Shown here one piece after another: positions 1 through 7,779 of a stretch of DNA of 34,437 bases. Position numbers and translations under genes: made by a program. The stretch comes from a virus. Taxonomy: Duplodnaviria; Caudoviricetes. Numbering within the stretch: the stretch's first letter is position 1; every line of letters begins with the position of its first letter. The notes below the pieces were generated by a model that saw nothing but the letters and a program-made list of their open reading frames with translations, was not told the DNA's origin and made no database searches. Where the stretch lies: positions 1-34,437 of IMG/VR virus record IMGVR_UViG_3300032212_000101; one strand, written 5' to 3'.

Positions 1-2
1 TA

Positions 3-191
3 ATGTTCGATATATTCCAAAGCGCAGCAGACAGAGCTGATGTGATTGAGAAGTTAAGAATAACAGTTCAATTCAGGCCAGCAAAAATCATGGAGGATTG
101 GTCTTGTTCTGAGCCTAGTGGTGATTTATTTGCAGACAAATCCCGCACAGAAGCCATCCTTAAATGTATTTGTGAAGTGGTGAATGCATGA
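3..191 (+). CDS. C-terminal part of a small phage protein (ABA-sandwich/NinX-like), continuing from 34315-34437
   Basis: FDIFQSAADRADVIEKL...W.C...RTEAILKC pattern fits the C-terminal half of that family. The N-terminal half (INIKCAELLG) lies at the window end. Confidence 0.55.
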   Translation: MFDIFQSAADRADVIEKLRITVQFRPAKIMEDWSCSEPSGDLFADKSRTEAILKCICEVVNA

Positions 192-265
192 AGATTAAAT
201 ATAAGATTAAACAGTGCCCCAAGTGTTCAAGACTATACGTTTTTGTATGCCCTTGCGGTAATTAG
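188..265 (+). CDS. Possible 25-aa Cys-rich micro-ORF (MKIKYKIKQCPKCSRLYVFVCPCGN)
   Basis: ATGA overlap with the upstream stop; CxxC...CxC zinc-ribbon-like motif. Read by hand. Confidence 0.35.
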   Translation: MKIKYKIKQCPKCSRLYVFVCPCGN

Positions 266-271
266 AGTTAT

Positions 272-366
272 GGCAGGAAGAAAACAGGATACTTGTAGAT
301 AGTGCGCATACGCTACAAGAGAGCGCGATAGCTGGAGAACGCTTAGAGGTTCCAGCCCTGCCACCA
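272..366 (+). ncRNA. tRNA-like structured RNA ending in ACCA (not a canonical tRNA)
   Basis: Stems GGCAGG 272-277/CCTGCC 357-362, GCTGGA 331-336/TCCAGC 351-356 and CTTGTAG 292-298/CTACAAG 313-319. Discriminator-like A363 plus CCA 364-366. Intergenic on the coding strand. Confidence 0.55.
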
Positions 367-402
367 TACAACAGCAAGCTTGCTTGCAATAGGAGAATGA
401 GA

Positions 403-678
403 ATGAGTGAAAAAAATAAGAAATTTGAAGTTTGGACGTGCAAGATACTTGTACCAGAAGGCACTAAAATGACTCCGGGTTTTGACTTGCCTCCACGTAC
501 TGCCGCAATAGAGGCAGTTGAGAAGGAAGGCATACACGTAATAGCTTGCGCTTCTGGCTGGGGAGGCACACTAACCAAAGAGGAGCAGGAGTTTTACAAC
601 AGGTTTGTTGGGAAGCCAAGTGATAGCTACTATGCCGGATTAGTTGATTGTGATACAGAAAACGATAAACCAATTTAA
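403..678 (+). CDS. Hypothetical phage protein
   Basis: AGGAG at 391-395 favours the Met at 403; in operon orientation. Confidence 0.75.
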   Translation: MSEKNKKFEVWTCKILVPEGTKMTPGFDLPPRTAAIEAVEKEGIHVIACASGWGGTLTKEEQEFYNRFVGKPSDSYYAGLVDCDTENDKPI

Positions 679-690
679 CGGAGTCCAACA

Positions 691-882
691 ATGAGTGTTG
701 ACTTTCCAAGAGCATGGCAAATAGCAAAAACTGTTAAAACAGAGTATCACCATAATGACTGCTCATACAATAAAACAAATGGTTCAATTCTCTGTGATTG
801 TGACGTTATCTATAAACACCCTGATTACTTAGATGATGTTATGCACACAAGGGTGATTGAAAAGGAGCCTAATAATGAATAA
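691..882 (+). CDS. Hypothetical His/Cys-containing phage protein
   Basis: GGAG RBS; HH..CS...CDC motif. Confidence 0.7.
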   Translation: MSVDFPRAWQIAKTVKTEYHHNDCSYNKTNGSILCDCDVIYKHPDYLDDVMHTRVIEKEPNNE

Positions 883-908
883 ATCAACACTTATAATGAG
901 AGGATGAG

Positions 909-1112
909 ATGAATAATTATAATGACTTTTGCAGAGATATTGGCTGCGAAGAATATATTGAATGGGATTATGAGTTCGAGCCTTGTTCCCCGCCATACCC
1001 ATGTACAAGCTGCCAGAAAGTAGGGCAAAGTTACGATATTGACGCATACCCTGATGACTGCCCTCATCTAATGGCGATACAAATGATTGTATTGGAGCAT
1101 AACAATGAATAA
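909..1112 (+). CDS. Hypothetical Cys-rich phage protein
   Basis: GAGG RBS upstream; several Cys; overlaps the next gene. Confidence 0.65.
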   Translation: MNNYNDFCRDIGCEEYIEWDYEFEPCSPPYPCTSCQKVGQSYDIDAYPDDCPHLMAIQMIVLEHNNE

Positions 1113-1665
1113 CACAGACGAACAAATGAAAGGCTATGAGCGTGATGTGAATAAATCAATGCCTGATGAAATAAACGAAGCCATCGAAAACAGCGACGAT
1201 TTAATCGAATCGGTTAAAAATACTATCGTTGGGATGATTAACTGTGACACTGAATTTCATAATGAAATGGCTGAGTTTTGCCTCAAAGCTCTTGGTGTAT
1301 CGGAAGCCAAGCACAAACAAGAGATTATTCAAGCTAAAACAGAATATGATGTGGCTATACGTATTGCTAAGAATTACTTAAAAGACAATTATCTTAAAGC
1401 CCTTGCTGATTTAGAGGCTCGGTGCGTCATTGAAACTGACAAGGCGCACGCATTAGAAGATTTGTATTTACAAAGTAAAAACAGAAATATTGAAATACTT
1501 GAAATGGTTATCGACTTTATAGATGGCAACACTCTTAAGCCTCTCACTGCCGCGAAAACAAAACATGATGCCTTTGAGATACGACTTAGAGAAAATAATA
1601 ATTTTGCTAACGGGTTGAAAGAGTATATCAACGCCTTAAAATCAGTAAATATAACTAATAGGTGA
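1105..1665 (+). CDS. Hypothetical helical phage protein
   Basis: GGAG just upstream favours the start at 1105 (MNNTDEQ). Confidence 0.7.
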   Translation: MNNTDEQMKGYERDVNKSMPDEINEAIENSDDLIESVKNTIVGMINCDTEFHNEMAEFCLKALGVSEAKHKQEIIQAKTEYDVAIRIAKNYLKDNYLKALADLEARCVIETDKAHALEDLYLQSKNRNIEILEMVIDFIDGNTLKPLTAAKTKHDAFEIRLRENNNFANGLKEYINALKSVNITNR

Positions 1666-1680
1666 GAAGGGGGGGGAGGG

Positions 1681-1881
1681 ATGAATCAGCAATTACAAGA
1701 TTTTGCTAGATCAACGTTAAAAGCAAATTTAAGAAAATGCACGTTAGAACAGCTAAGTATATTCAATCGAATGTATTCTCCTGACGATCTGGAAAAATCA
1801 ATAGATGATGTTGTTGACGCTATGCCAGAGAAAAGGCTTGATTGGGCAATGCAGCAAATACAAAGGACGCTGGATAAATGA
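1681..1881 (+). CDS. Hypothetical phage protein
   Basis: G-rich RBS; ATGA overlap with the next gene. Confidence 0.75.
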   Translation: MNQQLQDFARSTLKANLRKCTLEQLSIFNRMYSPDDLEKSIDDVVDAMPEKRLDWAMQQIQRTLDK

Positions 1882-2147
1882 GTGAATATGAATTAATCCC
1901 GCCATATCCTAATTACGTGCTAACACCTGAAGCGCAAGATGAATACGATGATTGGTATTCAAATTATTCAGATGAACCATGTTATTGCAGTGCATGTTCT
2001 ATGCCTCCATGTAGCGTTTGTGAAAACGGCGGGACTCATTCAGGCCATCCTTATTCACTAAATGAAGACCCAAGTGCATGGGAGAACCAATTAATAAGTG
2101 AAGTAAGAAAAGTTTATTTAACCACCCCACAGAAGGATAGAAGATGA
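1878..2147 (+). CDS. Hypothetical Zn-finger-like protein (CYCSAC..PPCSVC)
   Basis: Coupled overlaps at both ends; Cys motif. Confidence 0.7.
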   Translation: MSEYELIPPYPNYVLTPEAQDEYDDWYSNYSDEPCYCSACSMPPCSVCENGGTHSGHPYSLNEDPSAWENQLISEVRKVYLTTPQKDRR

Positions 2148-2425
2148 ATGAAGTAATAATATTAACATGCTGTAAAAATATTGGGTTGAGCGGCACTACT
2201 GAAATTCATGTTAAAGAAATAAACGGTAAATTCGTTGCTCGCATGGGTTTCGCAATTATGGGTTCAACTCAGATGGATAAAGCAGGTTTTGAAGCAGCTG
2301 AATACAATCCATTCCATGATGAGTTTTATGATAACTATATTGAAGGTATTGGCGATACTCAGGATGCCGCGATAGTTGCGTTAGAGGCTGATGCGGAAAA
2401 TACAGCTAACTCATTTTGGTTTTAA
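2144..2425 (+). CDS. Hypothetical phage protein
   Basis: AAGGA RBS; ATGA overlap. Confidence 0.75.
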   Translation: MNEVIILTCCKNIGLSGTTEIHVKEINGKFVARMGFAIMGSTQMDKAGFEAAEYNPFHDEFYDNYIEGIGDTQDAAIVALEADAENTANSFWF

Positions 2426-2444
2426 CCACCTATAAGGAATAGAT

Positions 2445-2720
2445 ATGAGTAGTCAATGTCCATATTGCGGTAATTTAGTTTGGAATAACCCAATGCAAGT
2501 TAACGCCCCACCAATTGAAGGTGGATTTAGTAATGGCAAAACATTAGGCGAATCTCTTGTAGACACCTTCGGAGGTAAAGAGAAAACCTACACAGCCGCA
2601 GAACTTAAGGCCGCTAAGATTGAAATGTTAGATATTGCATTAAGTCTGTATTGCCAAAATGGAGATCATTTTGAGGGGCAGATCAACGAATTAAAACGGG
2701 GGATTGAGGCTGGTGTATAA
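2445..2720 (+). CDS. Hypothetical phage protein
   Basis: TAAGGA RBS. Confidence 0.7.
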   Translation: MSSQCPYCGNLVWNNPMQVNAPPIEGGFSNGKTLGESLVDTFGGKEKTYTAAELKAAKIEMLDIALSLYCQNGDHFEGQINELKRGIEAGV

Positions 2721-2877
2721 AGTCCAGCCATCTGGCAAAGCCTTTAACATTGTAAGAATCTCTGACAATAGAGTGATAGATACTCACTCGGAAAGATGGT
2801 CAGCCGATAGACGGTGCGAAGTGATTAATAGCTTAATTGAAACTTGGAGCGAGAATGCAAAGAAAAAAGAAAAGTGA
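2713..2877 (+). CDS. Small hypothetical protein (54 aa, GTG start)
   Basis: GAGG upstream; fills the gap between neighbouring genes. Read by hand (MYKVQPSGKAFNIVRISDNRVID...). Confidence 0.5.
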   Translation: MYKVQPSGKAFNIVRISDNRVIDTHSERWSADRRCEVINSLIETWSENAKKKEK

Positions 2878-3268
2878 CTTACAAAAAAAGAAGGATAACC
2901 CGCGCTCAAAATATTGGAAAAATAAAGCTGATAATCTATGGGGTTTAATTATTCATTCGAGAGAATGCTGCGCTGTCAATGATAACTGCGCTGGAAACCT
3001 AGAGGCTCATCACCTAATATCAAGGGCAAATACAGCAACTAGACATTCCATACAGAACGGCATTCTACTTTGCTCAAAGCATCATAAATTTGATTCTCGC
3101 TTATCAGCACATAAAGCACCTATGGCCTTTGCAGAGTGGCTACAAGAGAATGACCCAGACACATACGAATGGTGCAGCATGAATAAGTTTAAGGTAGCTA
3201 AGGCGGATTATGAGAAGGCTTACGGGTTATTGTTAGAATACTGTATTGAGCATCATATTGATGTTTAA
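2855..3268 (+). CDS. NinG/Rap-like HNH (beta-beta-alpha-Me) endonuclease
   Basis: KADNLW..II..R.C...LEAHHLISR...TRHSIQNGILLC..HH motif; GGAG RBS before ATG 2855. Confidence 0.75.
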   Translation: MQRKKKSDLQKKKDNPRSKYWKNKADNLWGLIIHSRECCAVNDNCAGNLEAHHLISRANTATRHSIQNGILLCSKHHKFDSRLSAHKAPMAFAEWLQENDPDTYEWCSMNKFKVAKADYEKAYGLLLEYCIEHHIDV

Positions 3269-3331
3269 TAAGTTTTATTAATAGCTAATAAAATATTTTG
3301 ATTTCACAAAGACCGATTATTAAACGAGAAT
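3268..3331 (+). promoter_or_regulatory. Sigma70-like promoter with tandem ATAA-N7-nnAT boxes (copy 1)
   Basis: ATAAgttttatTAAT-N5-ATAAaatatttTGAT, then TTCACA (3303-3308), 17 bp, GAGAAT (3326-3331). Confidence 0.65.
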
Positions 3332-3336
3332 AAATT

Positions 3337-3483
3337 ATGATTACATTAATTCGAGAAGACATACTTAACGCTTTCTCATCGTTTATTAAGACGATCACAG
3401 AAGGCATGGCGCCACAGGCTAAACAAGAGCTATATCAGGGCTTGATTGATAAGCTTGAGAGACTACAGGACATAAGCAAATGA
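3337..3483 (+). CDS. Small hypothetical protein (48 aa), probably leaderless
   Basis: ATG 5 nt after the -10; no RBS; ATGA overlap with recT. Read by hand. Confidence 0.55.
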   Translation: MITLIREDILNAFSSFIKTITEGMAPQAKQELYQGLIDKLERLQDISK

Positions 3484-4448
3484 GTGAAGCAGAGCAACAA
3501 GTTCAAGAGCTACCGCCATGGCAAATGGCTATCAGCAAATCAAAGGAAAACTTTGAGGAAATAAACGCTGTTAACAAGTTTGTAGACTATAAAACAGAAG
3601 CTATTTTTGCTGGTCAGTTAATCACTAAAAATGACTATCTAATGAAAATAGCAAATGATAACCCGCGCTCATTGCGGAATGCTGTTTTAAATATTGCAGC
3701 TATCGGATTGAGCCTTAACCCTGCGACTAAGTACGCCTATTTAGTGCCTCGTGATAACCAAGCATGTTTAGATATTTCTTATATTGGTTTAATAAAACTA
3801 GCGACAGACACCGGCTCGATTATGTGGGCTAGAGCTGAGCTGGTTTATTCAAACGATGATTTTATTTACCACGGCACAACAGAAAAGCCAGAATTTAGCA
3901 CTAAAAACGCTTTTGACCGGGGTGAAGTTCAGGGCGTTTACTGTGTAGCCAAGACAAAAGAAGGCGACTTTTTATCTGGTGTAATGTCAATTGCTGAAAT
4001 AAACGACATTAAAAACCGATCAATGTCAGCGCGTAAGAATAGCGGTCCGTGGATTACTGACTTCGGTGAAATGGCTAAAAAGACAATTATAAAGCGAGAG
4101 TCTAAGACCTGGCCTAAAACAGACAAATCTGAGCGCTTTGATAATGCTATTGATGTTATCAACCAGCATGACGGGATAGACTTCGACGCTCACCCAGTTC
4201 AGAAGGCCATAGAGAAGCATAAGGCCACAATTGAGGTAGTCGTTTCGGCCTTAGCTAATGAACGCTACGAGGAAGCAGCAGAGGCTTATTACGAGCTAGA
4301 CCATGATGAAATGATGAGTATTAATATCTCACCAACCAAGTGCAAAAAGCTAGGTATTGAGCCACCATTTACAACTGCTGAGCGTAAGTTTATAAAAGAA
4401 TCGCTTAGCCAGTACCACCCACAGCGAATTATAGAAAACGGAGAATAA
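3480..4448 (+). CDS. recT: RecT-family single-strand annealing recombinase
   Basis: GLSLNP...AYLVPR...LDISYIGL..LA, VYSND.F and PW..DF.EMAKKTIIKR motifs. Confidence 0.9.
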   Translation: MSEAEQQVQELPPWQMAISKSKENFEEINAVNKFVDYKTEAIFAGQLITKNDYLMKIANDNPRSLRNAVLNIAAIGLSLNPATKYAYLVPRDNQACLDISYIGLIKLATDTGSIMWARAELVYSNDDFIYHGTTEKPEFSTKNAFDRGEVQGVYCVAKTKEGDFLSGVMSIAEINDIKNRSMSARKNSGPWITDFGEMAKKTIIKRESKTWPKTDKSERFDNAIDVINQHDGIDFDAHPVQKAIEKHKATIEVVVSALANERYEEAAEAYYELDHDEMMSINISPTKCKKLGIEPPFTTAERKFIKESLSQYHPQRIIENGE

Positions 4449-4452
4449 TAAA

Positions 4453-5448
4453 ATGAGTGATTTAATAACAGTAGAGAAGACACAAATAGCAGATGTATTT
4501 AAGCAAGGCGGTATCGACCCTTATATTCAAAAGGTAAAAGACGAAGTATTGAACCATGTTCCAAATCTTGAAACAGATAAAGGCAGAAAGGAGATAGCAT
4601 CATTAGCTAATAAAGTAGCAAAGTCAAAGACTTATCTTGACGGGCTAGGCAAAGACCTTGTTTCAACCATTAAAGCCCAAGCAAAGATTATAGATTCTGA
4701 GCGTAAAAAAATGCGTGATGAGCTTGACGAAATAAAGAAAGACGTAAGAAGACCATTGACAGAATGGGAGGACGAAGAAAAAGAGCGCGTTAATAACATT
4801 CTAGCTCGATGCAACTGGTTTACAAAAATGAAAGATTCGGAGTATGAAGGCTCTGAACAGCTTGAAAAAATTATTATTGATATTGAATCAATAGCAATAG
4901 ATGAATCTTTTGAAGAGCATGACGGATTTGCTGCTAAAAACAAAGACGAAGCTTTAACTCAATTAAAAGCTAAGCTTATCGTGATGAAAGACGAAGAACA
5001 AAAAGCAGAAACAGCACGAAAAGCAGAGGCCGAACGAATCGAAAAAGAGCGAATTGAACGCGAAGAGCGCATAGCAAAAGAAGCGGCTGAAAATGCCAGA
5101 CTAGAAGCTGAAACTAAAGCGAAAGCCGAAAAGGAAAAAGCAGAATCAGAAGAGCGCGAACGATTAGCAAAGATCGAGCTTGAAAAACAGCGAGCTATCG
5201 AGGAAAAAGAGTTAGCACAACGACAAGCGAAAGAAACAGAAGAGCGCATTCGACGTGAAGCGGAAGAAGAAAAACAGCGAGCTATCGAGGAGGAGAAGCA
5301 GCGAGAGGCAAACAAAAATCATAGGGCGTCAATAAATAATGCAGCAATGGAGGCATTGATAGAAAATGGGATGCCAAAGACTCATGCTAAAAAAGCCGTA
5401 ACTTTGATTGCTAAAAAGCTTGTTCCTAACGTGAATATTAAATATTAA
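4453..5448 (+). CDS. Coiled-coil phage protein with an E/K/A-rich C-terminus (often mis-annotated as TolA-like)
   Basis: KGRKEIASLA.KVAKSKT.LD..GK.L...VRRPLTEWE N-terminal domain typical of lambdoid early regions. Confidence 0.75.
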   Translation: MSDLITVEKTQIADVFKQGGIDPYIQKVKDEVLNHVPNLETDKGRKEIASLANKVAKSKTYLDGLGKDLVSTIKAQAKIIDSERKKMRDELDEIKKDVRRPLTEWEDEEKERVNNILARCNWFTKMKDSEYEGSEQLEKIIIDIESIAIDESFEEHDGFAAKNKDEALTQLKAKLIVMKDEEQKAETARKAEAERIEKERIEREERIAKEAAENARLEAETKAKAEKEKAESEERERLAKIELEKQRAIEEKELAQRQAKETEERIRREAEEEKQRAIEEEKQREANKNHRASINNAAMEALIENGMPKTHAKKAVTLIAKKLVPNVNIKY

Positions 5449-5449
5449 A

Positions 5450-5599
5450 ATGACTGAGAGAACCGGCGAATCTGAACGTATCAGGCAGAAGAAGTTTAGA
5501 GATGCCAAGCGCGAGCAGGGCTATGTCCATTTGCAAGCGTGGGTAAAGCATTCAGACAGAAACAAGGTTAAGCAGTTTATAAAAGCGCTTAATCAATAA
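5450..5599 (+). CDS. Small basic protein, ribbon-helix-helix/antitoxin-like DNA-binding candidate (49 aa)
   Basis: RQKKFRDAKREQGYVHLQAWV pattern. Read by hand. Confidence 0.5.
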   Translation: MTERTGESERIRQKKFRDAKREQGYVHLQAWVKHSDRNKVKQFIKALNQ

Positions 5600-5608
5600 C
5601 GAGTAAGT

Positions 5609-5654
5609 CGCAGTCTGGTTTATTTTCACGCGATTGTTTATCTTCCAGACTGCG
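5609..5654. other. Intergenic hairpin: perfect 10-bp stem, 26-nt loop
   Basis: CGCAGTCTGG 5609-5618 / CCAGACTGCG 5645-5654. Confidence 0.7.
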
Positions 5655-5673
5655 CAATTTAATAGGGGTAAAA

Positions 5674-5871
5674 ATGAATACATTTATTGAGATACTGGCC
5701 GTAGTAACTTTGGTTTGCATATTAGTGTTTTTGGGTACTGAAACAGCTAAAGCCGATGATTGTGAAGAGTATGATAAGCAGTTTAAAGAAAGCATCGACA
5801 AAGAGTGTGAGCGCATACGCTGCGTGGATTGGGAAAAGCTCGAAAGACCGGCTGTATATCCGAGCTTTTAA
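5674..5871 (+). CDS. Small exported or membrane-anchored protein
   Basis: AGGGG RBS; hydrophobic N-terminus with an AKA cleavage-like site. Confidence 0.65.
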   Translation: MNTFIEILAVVTLVCILVFLGTETAKADDCEEYDKQFKESIDKECERIRCVDWEKLERPAVYPSF

Positions 5872-6087
5872 CTACTGAGTTGAGCGTATCTGATCCCATT
5901 TATCGTCACAAGCATCCTTGAATATCTTATTTAGCTCATTAGCCTTGAGGCACATATAAGCAGGGTCAGAGCTATCTAAAATTGCATACTCGCAATCCTG
6001 AACAATTAGACTACCTCTAGTCTGGCTCTTCGGGAGAGTGCAGGAGATCACCAATAGACACATTGCCGCAGTCAGTAATATCTTCAT
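5872..6087 (-). CDS. o-spanin (Rz1-like lipoprotein)
   Basis: Signal peptide with lipobox LVIS-C; overlaps the 3' end of the upstream TM gene; last gene of the lysis cassette. Confidence 0.75.
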   Translation of the reverse strand: MKILLTAAMCLLVISCTLPKSQTRGSLIVQDCEYAILDSSDPAYMCLKANELNKIFKDACDDKWDQIRSTQ

Positions 6088-6307
6088 CTTTAATGTTCTC
6101 CCATTTTTCTTTATGTTTTAGCTCTTCATTGAATAATGCTCTATATATTCTAGAGCCCACTTGTGAATCACTGATATGTACAGACAGCTCGTTTTGTAAT
6201 CCCCAAGAACCTCGTGAGTTCCAACCAGACCAGAAGCCTAGTAGTAGCATTAAGATTCCCAAAAAACGATTAACTAGGGTTTTGTGATTCGATACCCAGT
6301 TACTCAT
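6017..6307 (-). CDS. i-spanin (Rz-like)
   Basis: Single N-terminal TM (FLGILMLLLGFWSGW) and a periplasmic tail with Cys; start re-assigned to MSNWV at 6307. Confidence 0.7.
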   Translation of the reverse strand: MSNWVSNHKTLVNRFLGILMLLLGFWSGWNSRGSWGLQNELSVHISDSQVGSRIYRALFNEELKHKEKWENIKDEDITDCGNVSIGDLLHSPEEPD

Positions 6308-6500
6308 TAGGTTTACCGCTAAACTTAGCCAGCACATTAAACGCCATGTAGCCGCCGATAGTGGCAATCGTTAAAGCCTGAAATGTCGCCTCTGATATGC
6401 CGCCTAGAAGCACCATAGCTATCCAGATCAGCTCATAAACATTCATTGTTATGAATTTACGCGAAGCAGCCTTTTTAAAAAATTCTTTATTTGTATCCAT
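6300..6500 (-). CDS. Holin-like two-TM protein
   Basis: 66 aa with an SRKF motif and two hydrophobic helices, in the lysis cassette. Confidence 0.6.
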   Translation of the reverse strand: MDTNKEFFKKAASRKFITMNVYELIWIAMVLLGGISEATFQALTIATIGGYMAFNVLAKFSGKPNE

Positions 6501-6537
6501 AATCTCTCAATCCATGCAATTATTAAGCCAAGAATAC

Positions 6538-6891
6538 CTAGTTCAATGTCACTGTTATTCCGGCTGGTGACTTTGGGCGCTGTTTTACCTGCACATTTAC
6601 TGGGGCCGTATTAGACGGAATAGATTCGTTATTATAAAAAGATGAGTGAGCCGTAACGTGATAAACAAACGAGCCAGCAACATTGCTATCCAGACCGAAA
6701 GAGCAAGTCATTTGTTGCGCTATCTCTACATTATCTCGGTATAGCTTGTAAGTGATAATATCATCAGCTCTTAAAGGGTCGCCGCTTTCATATCCGTCTA
6801 TTTCAGTACAGCTTAAAGTAGCCGTCTGCCCTTCCCATACTTCAAACGCATAAACCGAAAAAGAAACTAAAAACAATATTAGGTATTTCAT
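6538..6891 (-). CDS. Secreted fibronectin type III/Ig-like protein
   Basis: Signal peptide MKYLILFLVSFSVYA; Y.LYR...Y.VTA....ES.PSN FnIII-like pattern. Confidence 0.65.
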   Translation of the reverse strand: MKYLILFLVSFSVYAFEVWEGQTATLSCTEIDGYESGDPLRADDIITYKLYRDNVEIAQQMTCSFGLDSNVAGSFVYHVTAHSSFYNNESIPSNTAPVNVQVKQRPKSPAGITVTLN

Positions 6892-7322
6892 AATTTATTG
6901 TCCATTTTATTCAATAGAATCTCTAATACAGAGTGTTTTTCTATCACCTTTTCTAGCTTTTCCAATACTTTTACATTTGATTGGTGAGAATTAATATCCC
7001 TCTGCTCCCTAACAATATCAGTAACCACACTAAAAACAGCTTCCAGTTGTTTTGCAAGCAGCTCTTCACAGTCGTCTTGATCTGTTCCCTGATTGATAAC
7101 TTGCCCAAGTGTTTTGATAATCTCTTTTGATGTTTCGTTGATCTCGCTAATAGCAGCATTGATTGATTCAAGCTCGCGTTTATTTCTTTGTTTGTCATCT
7201 TTTGAGCCTCTTGGAGTTTTTATCTCCTGTAAAAATCGAGTACCTGCTGTAAACATCAAAGCAGCAGCCAATAATGTAAACGGATTAGCGCTTAAATCCG
7301 TGACCGTCTGTATATCTGACAT
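6888..7322 (-). CDS. Single-TM coiled-coil protein (holin/antiholin candidate)
   Basis: N-terminal TM and a coiled-coil tail, directly after the endolysin. Confidence 0.55.
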   Translation of the reverse strand: MSDIQTVTDLSANPFTLLAAALMFTAGTRFLQEIKTPRGSKDDKQRNKRELESINAAISEINETSKEIIKTLGQVINQGTDQDDCEELLAKQLEAVFSVVTDIVREQRDINSHQSNVKVLEKLEKVIEKHSVLEILLNKMDNKL

Positions 7323-7353
7323 AAAATCCCTTGCCCGTTCTTATTTTTGTTGG

Positions 7354-7779
7354 TTAGGGGTTAAAAATCGCTATCTGACCGGCTCGTTTATCATAATCGC
7401 ACTCGATATGAATCCAAGACGGTGTGTAATCAATGCTCTCCATGCGTATTATATATGGATATTTATCCTGATTGTTTAAAATATGGTAATAAACCTTCTC
7501 AGCGGTTAAGCCAGTAAACTTCAAATCGGCCGCTTTACCTGTTTTGTGCATTGAGCGCTTAGCGCCTACGGTTGAATCTAAGGGCCGTAGACCAGAAAAC
7601 TTAAAGTTGCCGCCTCTATGCCAATCATTAATAGTAATTCCCGTCTGCACTTGATCTCGCAAAGCCTGACAAGTATCTACAAGCCGTGGGTTAATTAAAT
7701 GAGCTGCCCTATCCCCAAGCATGTTAATAAAATCAGGGTGGACCAGCTCCTCTAGTGAGAAGTTTTTAGATAGCTTCAT
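7354..7779 (-). CDS. Endolysin, peptidase M15A family
   Basis: LSKNFSLEE, SG.R, SMH..GKAAD and WIHI zinc-peptidase motifs. Confidence 0.85.
   Translation of the reverse strand: MKLSKNFSLEELVHPDFINMLGDRAAHLINPRLVDTCQALRDQVQTGITINDWHRGGNFKFSGLRPLDSTVGAKRSMHKTGKAADLKFTGLTAEKVYYHILNNQDKYPYIIRMESIDYTPSWIHIECDYDKRAGQIAIFNP

Noticed and set aside
272-366. Canonical tRNA gene
   Set aside because: No D-arm, no TTCRA T-loop and a 14-nt anticodon-position loop; kept only as tRNA-like.
672-708. Hairpin after ATTTAAC as a third attC site
   Set aside because: No matching GTT core and wrong box spacing; at most an RBS-occluding hairpin.
5183-5291. 22-nt direct repeat AAAAACAGCGAGCTATCGAGGA
   Set aside because: Coding duplication (KQRAIEE) in a low-complexity coiled coil.
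4453-5448. TolA
   Set aside because: No N-terminal TM anchor; the similarity is compositional only.
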